Source: Pseudomonas aeruginosa
Lineage (GTDB): Bacteria > Pseudomonadota > Gammaproteobacteria > Pseudomonadales > Pseudomonadaceae
Assembly (NCBI RefSeq): GCF_001457615.1
Contig: NZ_LN831024.1
Location: 4,830,001 to 4,862,000, forward strand
Length of the DNA stretch: 32,000 nucleotides
Direction of reading: 5' to 3'
Position numbers and translations under genes: made by a program. The notes beneath the pieces are model-generated. The model was not told the origin of the DNA. It ran no database searches and worked only from the letters and a program-made list of their open reading frames with translations. Shown piece by piece: positions 1 through 10,400 of the stretch. How positions within the stretch are numbered: the stretch's first letter is position 1; every line of letters starts with the position of its first letter.

Positions 1-23
1 ATCTTCCGATCAGCGGGAGGCGC

Positions 24-51
24 ATTCTACAGCGTTCAAATTCGCTGTCAA
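24..51 (-). promoter_or_regulatory. Second, downstream rRNA-type sigma70 promoter (P2-like), also leftward
   Basis: The reverse complement reads TTGACA(46-51) - 16 nt - TAGAAT(24-29) GCGCCTCCC. Confidence 0.75.
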
Positions 52-201
52 GCACCTCGGTGAAGCTTCGTTTCGAACCCCTTCCGGGACCGAACCGCTG
101 CGGCGAACAACCTGCCGGAGCGCTTCACCACCCCCGGAGGAGAATCCGTAAATCCTTGATTTTCAAGCATTTACTCTTCATCGTCGCCGGGAGTGGTGCG
201 C

Positions 202-229
202 ATTATAGGGAGATAGAAACTGGCGTCAA
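202..229 (-). promoter_or_regulatory. rRNA-operon P1-like sigma70 promoter reading leftward
   Basis: The reverse complement reads TTGACG(224-229) - 16 nt - TATAAT(202-207) GCGC, with the context CTCCCTATAATGCGCACC. This closely resembles the E. coli rrn P1 core and GC-rich discriminator. An A/T-rich stretch (AAAAGTTTCAAATAAGTG) lies just upstream. Confidence 0.8.
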
Positions 230-377
230 CACTTATTTGAAACTTTTCAACCCAAAGGTCAGGAAGCCCAGAGGACGCCCCATTCCTCCTTTATAGGCTG
301 GCTTGCCCCGCCCTCTCCTTCTGTTGCCTCATATAAGGAATGCGAGCCACGGCTCCGCCGCTTTCGACGAGTGTTCC

Positions 378-1607
378 ATGCGCCTCATACATACCTCCGA
401 CTGGCACCTGGGCCAGACCCTGCACGGCCAGGACCGCGATCATGAGCATGCGCGCTTCCTCGACTGGCTGCTGCGCCAGCTGGAAGAGCAGCGCGCCGAT
501 GTCCTGCTGATCGCGGGCGATATCTTCGACACGATCAATCCACCGCTCAAAGCCCAGGAGCGCCTCTACGACTTCATCGTCAGCGCCCATCGGCGGCTGC
601 CGCGGCTGGAGATCGTGATGATCGCAGGCAACCACGACTCCGGCGCGCGCATCGAACTGCCCGCTCCGCTGATGAAACGACTGAACGCCCATGCCATCGG
701 CCGGATCGGCTGGATAGACGAAAGCCTCGATAGCGATCGCCTGCTTCTGCCCCTGCACGACGCGGATGGCCAGGTCGCCGCCTGGTGCCTGGCCCTGCCC
801 TTCCTGCGTCCCGCCGAAGTCACCGGAGGCGGGCTCGGCGACGATTACCTGGCCGGTATCCGCCAGGTGCACGAACGCCTGGTTGCCGCCGCGCACGTCC
901 GTCGCACGCCGGGACAGGCACTGGTCGCCGTCAGCCACGCACACATGGCCGGCGGCTCGGTTTCCGAAGACTCCGAGCGAAACCTGATCATCGGCAACGT
1001 CGAAGCGCTGCCCGCCAGCCTGTTTCCGGAGCAGATCGCCTACGTAGCCCTCGGTCATCTGCACAAGCCACAGAAAGTCGCCGGACAGGAGCGCATTCGC
1101 TATAGCGGCTCGCCGCTGCCGCTGTCCTTCGCCGAAGTGAACTATCGCCACCAGGTCCTCCTCGTCACCCTGGAAGGTGAGCGCCTGAAGGATGTACAGA
1201 GTCTCCCGGTGCCACGCGCGGTGGAACTGTTGCGCATCGGCCCCGCGCCTCTTGGCGAGGTGCTCGATCGAATCGGCGAACTGGCCGAGGCCGACCTGCT
1301 GAACGAACAGCGGCCCTGGCTGGAGGTCCGCGTCATGCTGGATCAGCCGCAACCGGACCTGCGCCAGCAGGTCGAGAGCGCCCTGCTGGGCAAGGCTTGC
1401 CGTCTGGTGCGCATCGCCAGCGAGTACCAGCGCCGCGACGAAGAGCAGGCGCCGCTGCTCGGGCTCGACCAACTCAACCCCCAGGAACTGTTCAGCCGCG
1501 CCTGGGAAAGCGCCTATGGCTCCGGCCCGGATGCGCAGGCGCTGGATGACTTCGCCAGCCTGCTGCAAAGCGTCGAACTGGCCACCGAAGAGCCCCCGGG
1601 GAAATAA
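378..1607 (+). CDS. sbcD: Exonuclease SbcCD, subunit SbcD (metallophosphoesterase)
   Basis: Translation MRLIHTSDWHLGQTLHGQDRDHEHARFLDWLL..VLLIAGDIFDTINPP..VMIAGNHDS..VSHAHMAGG has the SbcD/Mre11 motifs. The start at 378 is internal to the 303 ORF and matches the family N-terminus. It lies immediately upstream of sbcC. Confidence 0.95.
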   Translation: MRLIHTSDWHLGQTLHGQDRDHEHARFLDWLLRQLEEQRADVLLIAGDIFDTINPPLKAQERLYDFIVSAHRRLPRLEIVMIAGNHDSGARIELPAPLMKRLNAHAIGRIGWIDESLDSDRLLLPLHDADGQVAAWCLALPFLRPAEVTGGGLGDDYLAGIRQVHERLVAAAHVRRTPGQALVAVSHAHMAGGSVSEDSERNLIIGNVEALPASLFPEQIAYVALGHLHKPQKVAGQERIRYSGSPLPLSFAEVNYRHQVLLVTLEGERLKDVQSLPVPRAVELLRIGPAPLGEVLDRIGELAEADLLNEQRPWLEVRVMLDQPQPDLRQQVESALLGKACRLVRIASEYQRRDEEQAPLLGLDQLNPQELFSRAWESAYGSGPDAQALDDFASLLQSVELATEEPPGK

Positions 1608-1615
1608 GCCGTTCC

Positions 1616-4600
1616 ATGAAGATTCTCGCCATCCGCCTGAAGAACCTCGCCTCCCTCGCTGGCGAGCAGGAAATCGACTTCACCCGCGAACCGCTGTCCA
1701 GCGCCGGCCTGTTCGCCATCACCGGTCCGACCGGTGCCGGCAAGAGCACCGTGCTGGACGCCCTGTGCCTGGCCCTGTTCGGCAGCACGCCGCGGCTGGA
1801 AAGCACTTCGGCCAGCAGCAAGGTTCCCGATGGCCGGAACGAGCTGTCCAGCAACGACGAACGCAACCTGCTGCGCCGCGGTTGCGCCAGCGGCTACGCC
1901 GAAGTGGATTTCGTCGGCATCGACGGCCACCGCTATCGCGCCCGCTGGGAAACCCGGCGCTCCCGGGACAAGGCGGACGGCGCCTTGCAAAAGAGCCAGC
2001 AGAGCCTCCAGGACCTGGAGACCCAGCAAATGCTGGCAGCGAACAAGAAAAGCGAGTTCCGCGAACAGCTGGAGCAGAAGCTCGGCCTCAATTTCGCCCA
2101 GTTCACTCGCGCCGTGCTGCTGGCCCAGAGCGAATTCAGCGCCTTCCTCAAGGCCAGCGACAACGACCGCGGCGCATTGCTGGAGAAACTCACCGACACC
2201 GGCCTGTACAGCCAATTGAGCAAAGCCGCCTATCAGCGCGCCAGCCAGGCCGACGAGCAGCGCAAGCAACTCGAGCAACGCCTGGAAGGCAGCCTGCCCC
2301 TGGCCGAGCAGGCCCGGGCCGGGCTCGAGGCGGCGCTGGAATCCCACGCCCAGGCGCGTCTCCAGGAGCAACAGGCCCTGCAGCGCCTGGAAGGCCAGCA
2401 ACAATGGTTCACCGAGGAGCAGCGGCTGCTGCAATCCTGCGAGCACACACAAGGCCAACTGGCCGAGGCCAGGCAGGCCTGGGACGCCCTGGCGACGGAG
2501 CGGGAAACCCTGCAATGGCTGGAGCGCCTGGCTCCGGTTCGCGGACTGATCGAACGCCTGAAGCAACTCGAGCAGGAACTCCGGCACTCCGAGCAGCAGC
2601 AGCGGCAGCGCACCGAGCAGCAGGCCGCGGGCGCCGAGCGCTTGCAAGGATTGCAGGCCCGCTTGCAGGAGGCGCGCGAGCGCCAGGCCCAGGCCGACAA
2701 CCATCTGCGTCAGGCCCAGGCGCCGTTGCGCGAGGCTTTCCAGCTGGAGAGCGAGGCCAGGCGCCTGGAGCGAACGCTGGCCGAGCGACAGGAACTCCAT
2801 CGGCAATCGAACCAGCGCCACGCCCAGCAAAGCGACGCCGCTCGGCAACTGGATATGGAGCAGCAGCGCCATGTCGCGGAACAGGCGCAACTGCAGGCGG
2901 CATTGCGCGACAGCCAGGCTCTCGCCGCGCTCGGCGACGCCTGGGCGACCCACCAGGGCCAGCTCGCCGCCTTCGTGCAACGTCGCCAGCGCGCGCTCGA
3001 AAGCCAGGCGCAGCTCCCCGAGCTGGAAAAATCCCTGGCCCACGCCGGTGAACCGCTCGAACGCTTGCAGGCGCAATGGACCGCCCTCCATGGCAGCGAG
3101 CCGGACGACCTGGCGGCACGCCTGGACGAATTGCGCCGGCAGACCGATAGCCTGGAACGACAACAAGCGCTCCACAAGGAATGGCAACAGGTCCTCGACC
3201 AACGCGCCGGTCTGGCTCGACGCCTGGGCGAACTCGACCAGCGTATGGTCGAGCAGGAGCAGGCATTGCTCGACCTGAAACGACAAGGCAGCCAATGCGC
3301 CGAGGAGGTGAAGGCGGCGGAGCAGGCCCTGCAGGTCACCCGCGAGTTGCTCCAGCGCCAACGTCTGGCCCGCAGCGCCAGCGTCGAGCAACTGCGCGCC
3401 GGCCTGGTGGACGGCGAGGCCTGCCCGGTCTGCGGCAGCCAGGAGCATCCCTATCACCATTCCGAGCAACTGCTCGCCGCCCTCGGTGAACACGACGACC
3501 AGGAGCAGGTCCGCGCCGAGCAGTCCCTCGAGCGGCTGCGACAGACCCTGGTCGGTCTGCGCGAGGGCTATTCCAGCCAGCGGGAAAGACTCAACCAGAG
3601 TCGCCAGGAGCAGCAGGAACTGACTGGCCAACTGGCCGCGCTCGATCGGCAACTGGACCAATGGACGCTGCCGGAAGAACTGCGACTCCTGCAGCCATCC
3701 GCGCAGTTGGAGTGGCTGGCACAACGCCTGGACGACCTGGCAGGGCAGCGCCAGCAGTGCCAACGAGACTTCGACCGGCTGATCGCCCGCCAGCGCCAGA
3801 CCCAGCAATTGCAGCAGGAACTGCGGGCCGCCGAGACGATCCTGCAACAGCGCCAGCAGGCGCTGACGGAACAACGGCAGCGCTACGAACATTTGCAGCA
3901 GCAGGTCGAGGAGGACAGCCAGCAATTGCGTCCATTGCTCTCCGACGAGCACTGGCAGCGCTGGCAGGCAGATCCGCTGCGGACTTTCCAGGCACTCGGC
4001 GAGTCCATCGAGCAACGCCGGCAGCAACAGGCGCGGCTTCAGCAAATCGAACAGCGTCTGCAGGAGCTCAAGCAGCGCTGCGATGAATCGAGCTGGCAAC
4101 TGAAGCAAAGCGACGAGCAACGCAACGAAGCCCGTCAGGCAGAGGAAAGGGCCCAGGCGGAACTCGCCGAACTGAACGGACGCCTCGGCGCTCACCTGGG
4201 CCAGCACGCCTGCGCCCAGGACTGGCAGCTATCGCTGGAGCACGCCGCGCAAGCGGCGCAGAGCGCCGTCGAGACGCTCCAGGCGCCCCTGGATTCGCTG
4301 CGCGAGGAACAACTGCGACTCGCCGAAGCCCTGGAACACCTGCAGCAGCAACGGCAGCGCCAACAGGATGAGTTCCAGCGCCTTCAGGCCGACTGGCAGG
4401 CCTGGCGCGAACGCCAGGACAACCTCGACGACAGCCGCCTCGACGCCCTGCTCGGCCTTTCCGAGGAACAGGCGACGCAATGGCGGGAGCAATTGCAGCG
4501 ACTGCAAGAGGAGATCACCCGCCAGCAGACACTGGAAGCAGAGCGCCAGGCGCAACTGCTCCAGCATCGCCGGCAGCGGCCGGAAACCGACCGCGAGGCG

Positions 4601-5251
4601 CTGGAAGACAACCTGCGGCAACAGCGCGAACGCCTGGCCGCCAGCGAACAGGCCTACCTGGATACCTACAGCCAGTTGCAGGCCGACAACCAGCGCCGCG
4701 AGCAGAGCCAGGCGCTGCTTGCCGAACTGGAGCGAGCCCGCGCCGAGTTCCGCAGATGGGGCCGCCTGAACGAACTGATCGGTTCGTCCAGCGGCGACAA
4801 GTTCCGCCGCATCGCCCAGGGCTACAACCTCGACCTGCTGGTGCAGCACAGCAACGTGCAGTTGCGCCAGTTGGCGCGGCGCTACCGCCTGCAGCGCGGC
4901 GGCAGCGAACTGGGCCTGCTGGTGGTGGACACCGAGATGGGCGACGAACTGCGCTCGGTGTATTCGCTCTCCGGCGGCGAGACCTTCCTGATTTCCCTGG
5001 CCCTGGCGCTCGGCCTGGCCTCTATGGCATCGAGCAAGCTGCGCATCGAGTCGCTGTTCATCGACGAAGGCTTCGGCAGCCTCGACCCGGAATCCCTGCA
5101 ACTGGCGATGGATGCCCTGGACAACCTGCAGGCCCAGGGGCGCAAGGTGGCGGTGATTTCCCACGTCCAGGAAATGCACGAACGGATCCCGGTCCAGGTG
5201 CGGGTCCAGCGCGAGGGCAACGGCATGAGCAGCCTGAAGGTGGTCGGCTGA
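1616..5251 (+). CDS. sbcC: Exonuclease SbcCD, subunit SbcC (SMC/Rad50-like ATPase)
   Basis: N-terminal MKILAIRLKNLASLAGEQEIDF..AITGPTGAGKSTVLDALCLALFG (Walker A), a central CPVCGSQEHP zinc-hook, long Q/E/R-rich coiled coils, and C-terminal YSLSGGETFLISLALALGLA..LFIDEGFGSLD. Confidence 0.96.
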   Translation: MKILAIRLKNLASLAGEQEIDFTREPLSSAGLFAITGPTGAGKSTVLDALCLALFGSTPRLESTSASSKVPDGRNELSSNDERNLLRRGCASGYAEVDFVGIDGHRYRARWETRRSRDKADGALQKSQQSLQDLETQQMLAANKKSEFREQLEQKLGLNFAQFTRAVLLAQSEFSAFLKASDNDRGALLEKLTDTGLYSQLSKAAYQRASQADEQRKQLEQRLEGSLPLAEQARAGLEAALESHAQARLQEQQALQRLEGQQQWFTEEQRLLQSCEHTQGQLAEARQAWDALATERETLQWLERLAPVRGLIERLKQLEQELRHSEQQQRQRTEQQAAGAERLQGLQARLQEARERQAQADNHLRQAQAPLREAFQLESEARRLERTLAERQELHRQSNQRHAQQSDAARQLDMEQQRHVAEQAQLQAALRDSQALAALGDAWATHQGQLAAFVQRRQRALESQAQLPELEKSLAHAGEPLERLQAQWTALHGSEPDDLAARLDELRRQTDSLERQQALHKEWQQVLDQRAGLARRLGELDQRMVEQEQALLDLKRQGSQCAEEVKAAEQALQVTRELLQRQRLARSASVEQLRAGLVDGEACPVCGSQEHPYHHSEQLLAALGEHDDQEQVRAEQSLERLRQTLVGLREGYSSQRERLNQSRQEQQELTGQLAALDRQLDQWTLPEELRLLQPSAQLEWLAQRLDDLAGQRQQCQRDFDRLIARQRQTQQLQQELRAAETILQQRQQALTEQRQRYEHLQQQVEEDSQQLRPLLSDEHWQRWQADPLRTFQALGESIEQRRQQQARLQQIEQRLQELKQRCDESSWQLKQSDEQRNEARQAEERAQAELAELNGRLGAHLGQHACAQDWQLSLEHAAQAAQSAVETLQAPLDSLREEQLRLAEALEHLQQQRQRQQDEFQRLQADWQAWRERQDNLDDSRLDALLGLSEEQATQWREQLQRLQEEITRQQTLEAERQAQLLQHRRQRPETDREALEDNLRQQRERLAASEQAYLDTYSQLQADNQRREQSQALLAELERARAEFRRWGRLNELIGSSSGDKFRRIAQGYNLDLLVQHSNVQLRQLARRYRLQRGGSELGLLVVDTEMGDELRSVYSLSGGETFLISLALALGLASMASSKLRIESLFIDEGFGSLDPESLQLAMDALDNLQAQGRKVAVISHVQEMHERIPVQVRVQREGNGMSSLKVVG

Positions 5252-5272
5252 GCCGACCGCCCAGGCGGTACG

Positions 5273-7438
5273 TCAGAACGGCAGCTCGGTCTGTTCACCC
5301 GGAGCATGCGGCGGCTGCTCTTCCCTTTCCGGCCGCAGATGCAGCATCAGCCCGCTGAGCCGGCGCACCTTGCGCCGCACTGCTTCCTCGAACACCCCGG
5401 GCAGGCTTTCCACCAGGCTGAACCAGTCGCGGGCGCGGGTGATACCGGTGTACACCAGCTCCTTGGTCAGCACCGGGTTCAGCGCGTCCGGCAGGACCAG
5501 CGCGGTATGGGCGAACTCCGAACCCTGCGACTTGTGCACGGTCATGGCGAACACGGTGTCCACCTCTACCAGGCGGCTCGGCAGGACGAAGCGCACGCCG
5601 CCGCTACCGTCGTTGCGCGGGAAGGCCACGCGCAGCGCGAAGCGCAGGCTGCCGTCGTCGTTGCGCTCGGGCAGGCGCAGGGCGATGCCGATATCGCCGT
5701 TCATCAGCCCCAGGCTGTAGTCGTTGCGCGTCACCAGTACCGGCCGCCCCTCGTACCAGCCGTGATCGGCCTCGATCAGGCCAAGGCGCAGCAGTTCTGC
5801 CGCTACCCGCTGGTTCAGTCCTTCCACGCCCCATGGGCCGCGGCGCAGCGCGCAGAGCAGGCGGAAGGCGTCGAAAGCCGTCAGTACCGACTGCGCCCAG
5901 CGCTCCCAGGCGCCATCCTCCAGCGCCAGTCCGGCGGCCGGGCGGCCCTCGGCCAGGCGTTGCAGGTAGTGCCGGTAGCCGTACGGCGTGCCCGGCGCCT
6001 GCGGATGACCGTCGACGAACAGCCGGGCGAAGGCTGCATCGCGCTCCCCGCGCAGGCGCAGGTCGAAGAGGTCGGCGGGCGGACTGTCCAGCAGCGCGCG
6101 CGCGTCGCCGGCCTGTTGCCGGTTGACCAACCGCGCCAGGCGCCCGATCCCGCTGCTCGCGCCGAAGCGCCGGGAATGCCGCAGCATGACGGTCTGTTGC
6201 GCCAGCGGATGCGCCTGCGCCGAACCTTCGCGCAAGCCCTGCCAGGTTTCGCCGCTGACCCGCTGTAACCAGGCGCGGGTCTCGGTGCTGTACCAGCCCT
6301 CCTCGGCATCCCGGCAGAGATCGCCGAGCACCGCGCCGGCCTCTACCGAGGCCAACTGGTCCTTGTCGCCGAGCAGGATCAGGCGCGCCTGCGGCGGTAG
6401 CGCATCGAGCAGGCTGGCCATCATTTCCAGGTCGATCATCGAGGCCTCATCCACCACCAGCACGTCCAGCGCCAAAGGGTTGTCCCGGTGGTGGCGGAAG
6501 TGCCGGGTATCCGGACGGCTGCCAAGCAGACGGTGCAGGGTAGTGACCTCGGCGGGGATCGCCTGCAACACGTCTTCCGCCAGCGGCAGGGCCCGGACCT
6601 GCTGGCCGATGGATTCGGAGAGACGCGCCGCGGCCTTGCCGGTGGGCGCCGCGAGGCGGATGCGCAGCGGCTGGCCGGCGGCTACCGCCGGTGCCTGGAG
6701 CAGACCGAGCAGGCGCACCACGGTGGTGGTCTTGCCGGTACCGGGACCGCCGGTGATCAGGCTGAAATAGCCGCGGGCCGCCAGGGCGCAGGCCAGCTTC
6801 TGCCAGTCGGTGACGCGCTGGCCGTCTTCCGTAGGCGCCTGCGCGAACAGCGCGGCCAGGCGCGGCGCCAGGTCTGCGGCCAGGGGCGCCTGCCGACCCA
6901 GGCGCTCGCGCAGGGCCAGGGCGATCTCCAACTCGTGCCGCCAATAACGACGCAGGTAGAGACGCTGGGCGCAAAGCACCAGCGGCGAGGTCGCCGTCTC
7001 GCTCGGCTCGGGATCGCCTGGGCGCTCGTCGACCACCTCCACCAGCGGTGACGCCGCCAGGGCCTCGCGCCAGGCGTCGAGGCGCACGCCGTGCAGCAGT
7101 TGCGACGGCAACAGCACATCGCGGCCTTCGTCGCCTTCCGGCGGCAGCGAGAGCGCCGCGTCGGGCGCGCCGAGGGTCGCCTCCAGGTCCAGGCAGACGT
7201 GACCGTGGCCCAGTTGGTGGCTGGTCAGCGCCGCCGCCAGCAGCACCCGGGGATCGGCCTGCGGCTGCAACTCGACGAGGAAGGCGACGAACGCCCGGTC
7301 CAGCGCCCGTAGCCAGCCGCGCGCCACCCACAGGTCGAGCTGGCGCAGCAGGTCGTGGCGTGCCGCCAGCGGTTGCGCTACCTGGTCGTCGCGGCCATCG
7401 CGGACTTCGCCGGCCAGTTGCTTGAGGGTCGGATTCAT
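5273..7438 (-). CDS. recD: Exodeoxyribonuclease V alpha subunit RecD
   Basis: Walker A FSLITGGPGTGKTTTVVRLLGLL, VLVVDEASMIDLEMMASLLDALP, C-terminal VHKSQGSEFAHTALVLP. The start codon overlaps the recB stop. Confidence 0.95.
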   Translation of the reverse strand: MNPTLKQLAGEVRDGRDDQVAQPLAARHDLLRQLDLWVARGWLRALDRAFVAFLVELQPQADPRVLLAAALTSHQLGHGHVCLDLEATLGAPDAALSLPPEGDEGRDVLLPSQLLHGVRLDAWREALAASPLVEVVDERPGDPEPSETATSPLVLCAQRLYLRRYWRHELEIALALRERLGRQAPLAADLAPRLAALFAQAPTEDGQRVTDWQKLACALAARGYFSLITGGPGTGKTTTVVRLLGLLQAPAVAAGQPLRIRLAAPTGKAAARLSESIGQQVRALPLAEDVLQAIPAEVTTLHRLLGSRPDTRHFRHHRDNPLALDVLVVDEASMIDLEMMASLLDALPPQARLILLGDKDQLASVEAGAVLGDLCRDAEEGWYSTETRAWLQRVSGETWQGLREGSAQAHPLAQQTVMLRHSRRFGASSGIGRLARLVNRQQAGDARALLDSPPADLFDLRLRGERDAAFARLFVDGHPQAPGTPYGYRHYLQRLAEGRPAAGLALEDGAWERWAQSVLTAFDAFRLLCALRRGPWGVEGLNQRVAAELLRLGLIEADHGWYEGRPVLVTRNDYSLGLMNGDIGIALRLPERNDDGSLRFALRVAFPRNDGSGGVRFVLPSRLVEVDTVFAMTVHKSQGSEFAHTALVLPDALNPVLTKELVYTGITRARDWFSLVESLPGVFEEAVRRKVRRLSGLMLHLRPEREEQPPHAPGEQTELPF

Positions 7439-10400
7439 CGCTCGGCTCCCGGCTGGCCGCTGAACAGCGCGTCCAGGCGTTCGATCAGTTCCCGCGGCGG
7501 GCGCTCGAAGTGCAGGCCCTGGGTCGCCGCGCGGGCGCCGCGGAGGAACAGGTACACGGCGCCGCCCATGTGGCGGTCGTAGTCGTAGTCGGGCAGGCGC
7601 GCCTTCAACTGCCGGTGCAGGGCCAGCAGGTACAACACGTACTGCAGGTCATAACGGTTCTCCAGCACCGCGGCGGTCATCGCTTCCGGGCTGTAGGCGC
7701 CATCGTCGGCGCCCAGCCAGTTGGACTTGTAGTCGGCCACGTAGAAACGCCCCTGGTGCTCGAAGACCAGGTCGACGAAGCCCTTGAACATGCCGTTCAG
7801 CAGGGTCGGCGCCAGCGCCGGACGCGCCGCGCCGCCGAGGGTATGGCGCCGGACCAGGGCGTCGATCGCCTCGGCCTGGACCTGGTGGGTGGCGAACCAG
7901 AACTCCATTTCCACCTGGTAGGCGACCAGCCCGGCCAGGCTGGTTTCGCCACCGGGCCAACGCAGCGGTTCGGCGAGATACTGCTCCAGCCACAGGTCGA
8001 GCGGTTCGGCCCAGTCCTTCCAGCCACGCAGATCGCAGCGTCGCGCGACCAGTTCGCGGCGCCGCTGGGCATCGGCGCGCGCCACCTCGAAGCCTTCGCG
8101 GCCGGCCCATTCGAGCAGCCCGTGGAGGAAGGTGCCGGGAGCCGGTCCGCGCGGGAAGCGATGCAGGTCGTCGCGCATCTCGCTGGCGTGCGCGACCGGC
8201 GGCTGTTCGGCGGAACGGCCTTCTTCGTGGAAGGTGGCTTCCTCGGCGCTGATCGGCTCCTGCGATTCGTCGCTCTCCAGCACCTCGTCATCGTCCAGCC
8301 CGGCGGAGGCCTGCAATTGCAGGCCGGAATAGCTGGCGACCCACCACTTCTCGCGGCTGCTGCGGCGGGTTTCGCGGGCCTGCCCAAGGCCCTGGCCGCG
8401 CCCTGCGACATAGCGTTCGGCGTCCGCCTCGGGGGCCGGCTCGACGACAATCTCCCGGCACTCGCCGCGCAACGCGGCGAGGCATTGTCCGAGGCCATCG
8501 CTGCCGATGGTCGCGCCGCCGGCAAGCAGGTAGCCCAGGGCCCCCTTGTGCAACTCCGCCGACTTGCTGTTGCTCGCCACCAGCGGCGCGATGCCCAGCC
8601 ACACCGAATGGCGGGCGCGGGTCAGGGCCACGTAGAGCAGGCGCATGTCTTCGCCGAGGCGCTCGTCGTTGGCCTGCTCGTAGGCCCGCGCAGCCTGCTC
8701 CTTGCGCCGCGCCAGCTCGATGACCCGCCCTGCAGCGCCATCCTCGTGGAAACTCGCCGGCGCGCCGCTGTTGCCGTCCAGCTCCCTCCAGCTGCAGATG
8801 AAGGGCAGCAGCACCAAGGGGTATTCCAGCCCCTTGGACTTGTGGATGGTCACCACCTTGATCAGGTCGGCGTCGCTTTCCAGGCGGAGGATCTCTTCGC
8901 TCCCCGGACTCTGCACCTGCTCGGCCAGATGGCGGATCAGCGCGTGCTCACCGTCCAGCTCCACCGCCGCGCGCTGCAGCCACTCGGCCAGGTGCAGCAG
9001 GTTGGTCAGGCTGCGCTCGCCATCGGCATGCCGCAGCAGGCGCGCCGGCAGTTCGAAGTCGGCGAGCAGGCGCCGCAGCATCGGCAATACGCCCTGGGCC
9101 TGCCAGGACCGGCGATAGTCGCGGAAGCGCAGGACCATCCGTTCCCAGAACAGTTCGTCCTGGTTCAATCGTTCCAGGGTCGCCCAGTCCAGGTGCAGGC
9201 TGCGGGTAGCCAGGGCGACCCGCAGCAGCGTATCGGCACCGGGGTCGGCGCAGGCGCGCAGCCAATGCAGCAGGTCGGCGGCTTCCTGGCTGTCGAACAC
9301 CGAGTCGCGGTCGGACAGGTAGACGCTGGCCAGTCGTCGCGCCGCCAACGCGCTGCGGATCGCCTCGGCCTCGGCGCGACCGCGGACGAGGATGGCAATA
9401 TCCGCCGGGCGCAACGCCCGCCAGCCGCCCTGCTCGTCGGCGAAGCCGGCGCGGCCCAGGTCGGCCAGGCTCAGCCAGCGGCGGATGGCGCTGGCGCTGC
9501 GCTCGGCCATTTCCTGGCGATACGCCGCGGAGCCGAGCACGCCGGCTTCGACATCAAGGTTCCAGAACGTCATCGCTGGCGCCTCGGCACCGTCGATCAA
9601 CAAACGTTCGGCGCGCCCCTGGGCGTCCACCGCATGGAACGGCACCGGGTTTTCCAGCCCCTCGCGGGCGAAACGGAAGGCGCCGCGCGGATGCTCTTCG
9701 GCGAAGGCGAAGCAGCGGTTGGCGGCCGCCACCATGGCGGCGGTCGAGCGGAAGTTCTTGCCAAGGGTGTAATGCCGCCCGCGAGTGGCCTCGCGGGCGC
9801 GCAGGTAGGTATGGATGTCGGCACCGCGGAAGGCGTAGATCGCCTGCTTGGGGTCGCCGATCATGAACAGGCCGGTTTCCCGCGCCTGGGGCTCGTCGGG
9901 ATCGGCGGCGATCCGGTAGATGCGCTCGAAGATCCGGTACTGCACCGGGTCGGTATCCTGGAACTCGTCGATCAGCGCCACCGGGAACTGCTCGCGGATC
10001 AATTGCGCCAGGCGCTCGCCACCAGGCCCCTGCAAGGCGCGGTCGAGGCGGCTGAGCAGGTCGTCGAAGCCGATCTCGGCACGCCGCTGCTTCTCGATCT
10101 CCAGTTCGTGCCCGACTTCGCCCAACGCGTGCAACAACAGGTGGGGAGCGAGATCGGGACGCTCTTCCTGATGCGCGGCCCAGGCGTCGATGGCCCTTAG
10201 CGCGGCATGCTCGGGCGCCACGCGCTTGGCGGTGAGCTTGATCCGGGTCTGGCCGAACTTGCCGAGGTTGGCCGGCTGCTCGCCGCCCTCGCTCCAGTCC
10301 GCCAACGCTTGCAGCCAGGCGTCGAAGGTCTCGTCGCTGTCCTTGCCGCGATAGCTGTTGCCGTTCAGGTAGGGACGCAGGTCGCGCAGCAGCGCTTCCA

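Noticed and set aside
60-296. 78-aa ORF over the rRNA-type promoter region
   Set aside because: It lies across the tandem promoters and has no motif; likely non-coding.
1514-4207. 897-aa antisense ORF within sbcC
   Set aside because: It is fully antisense to a clearly recognised gene. Its Leu/Gln-rich composition mirrors the Q/E/R codons of the SbcC coiled coil, and high GC suppresses stop codons.
7510-10200. 896-aa plus-strand ORF opposite recB
   Set aside because: Antisense to conserved recB with no recognisable domain; a GC-driven spurious ORF.
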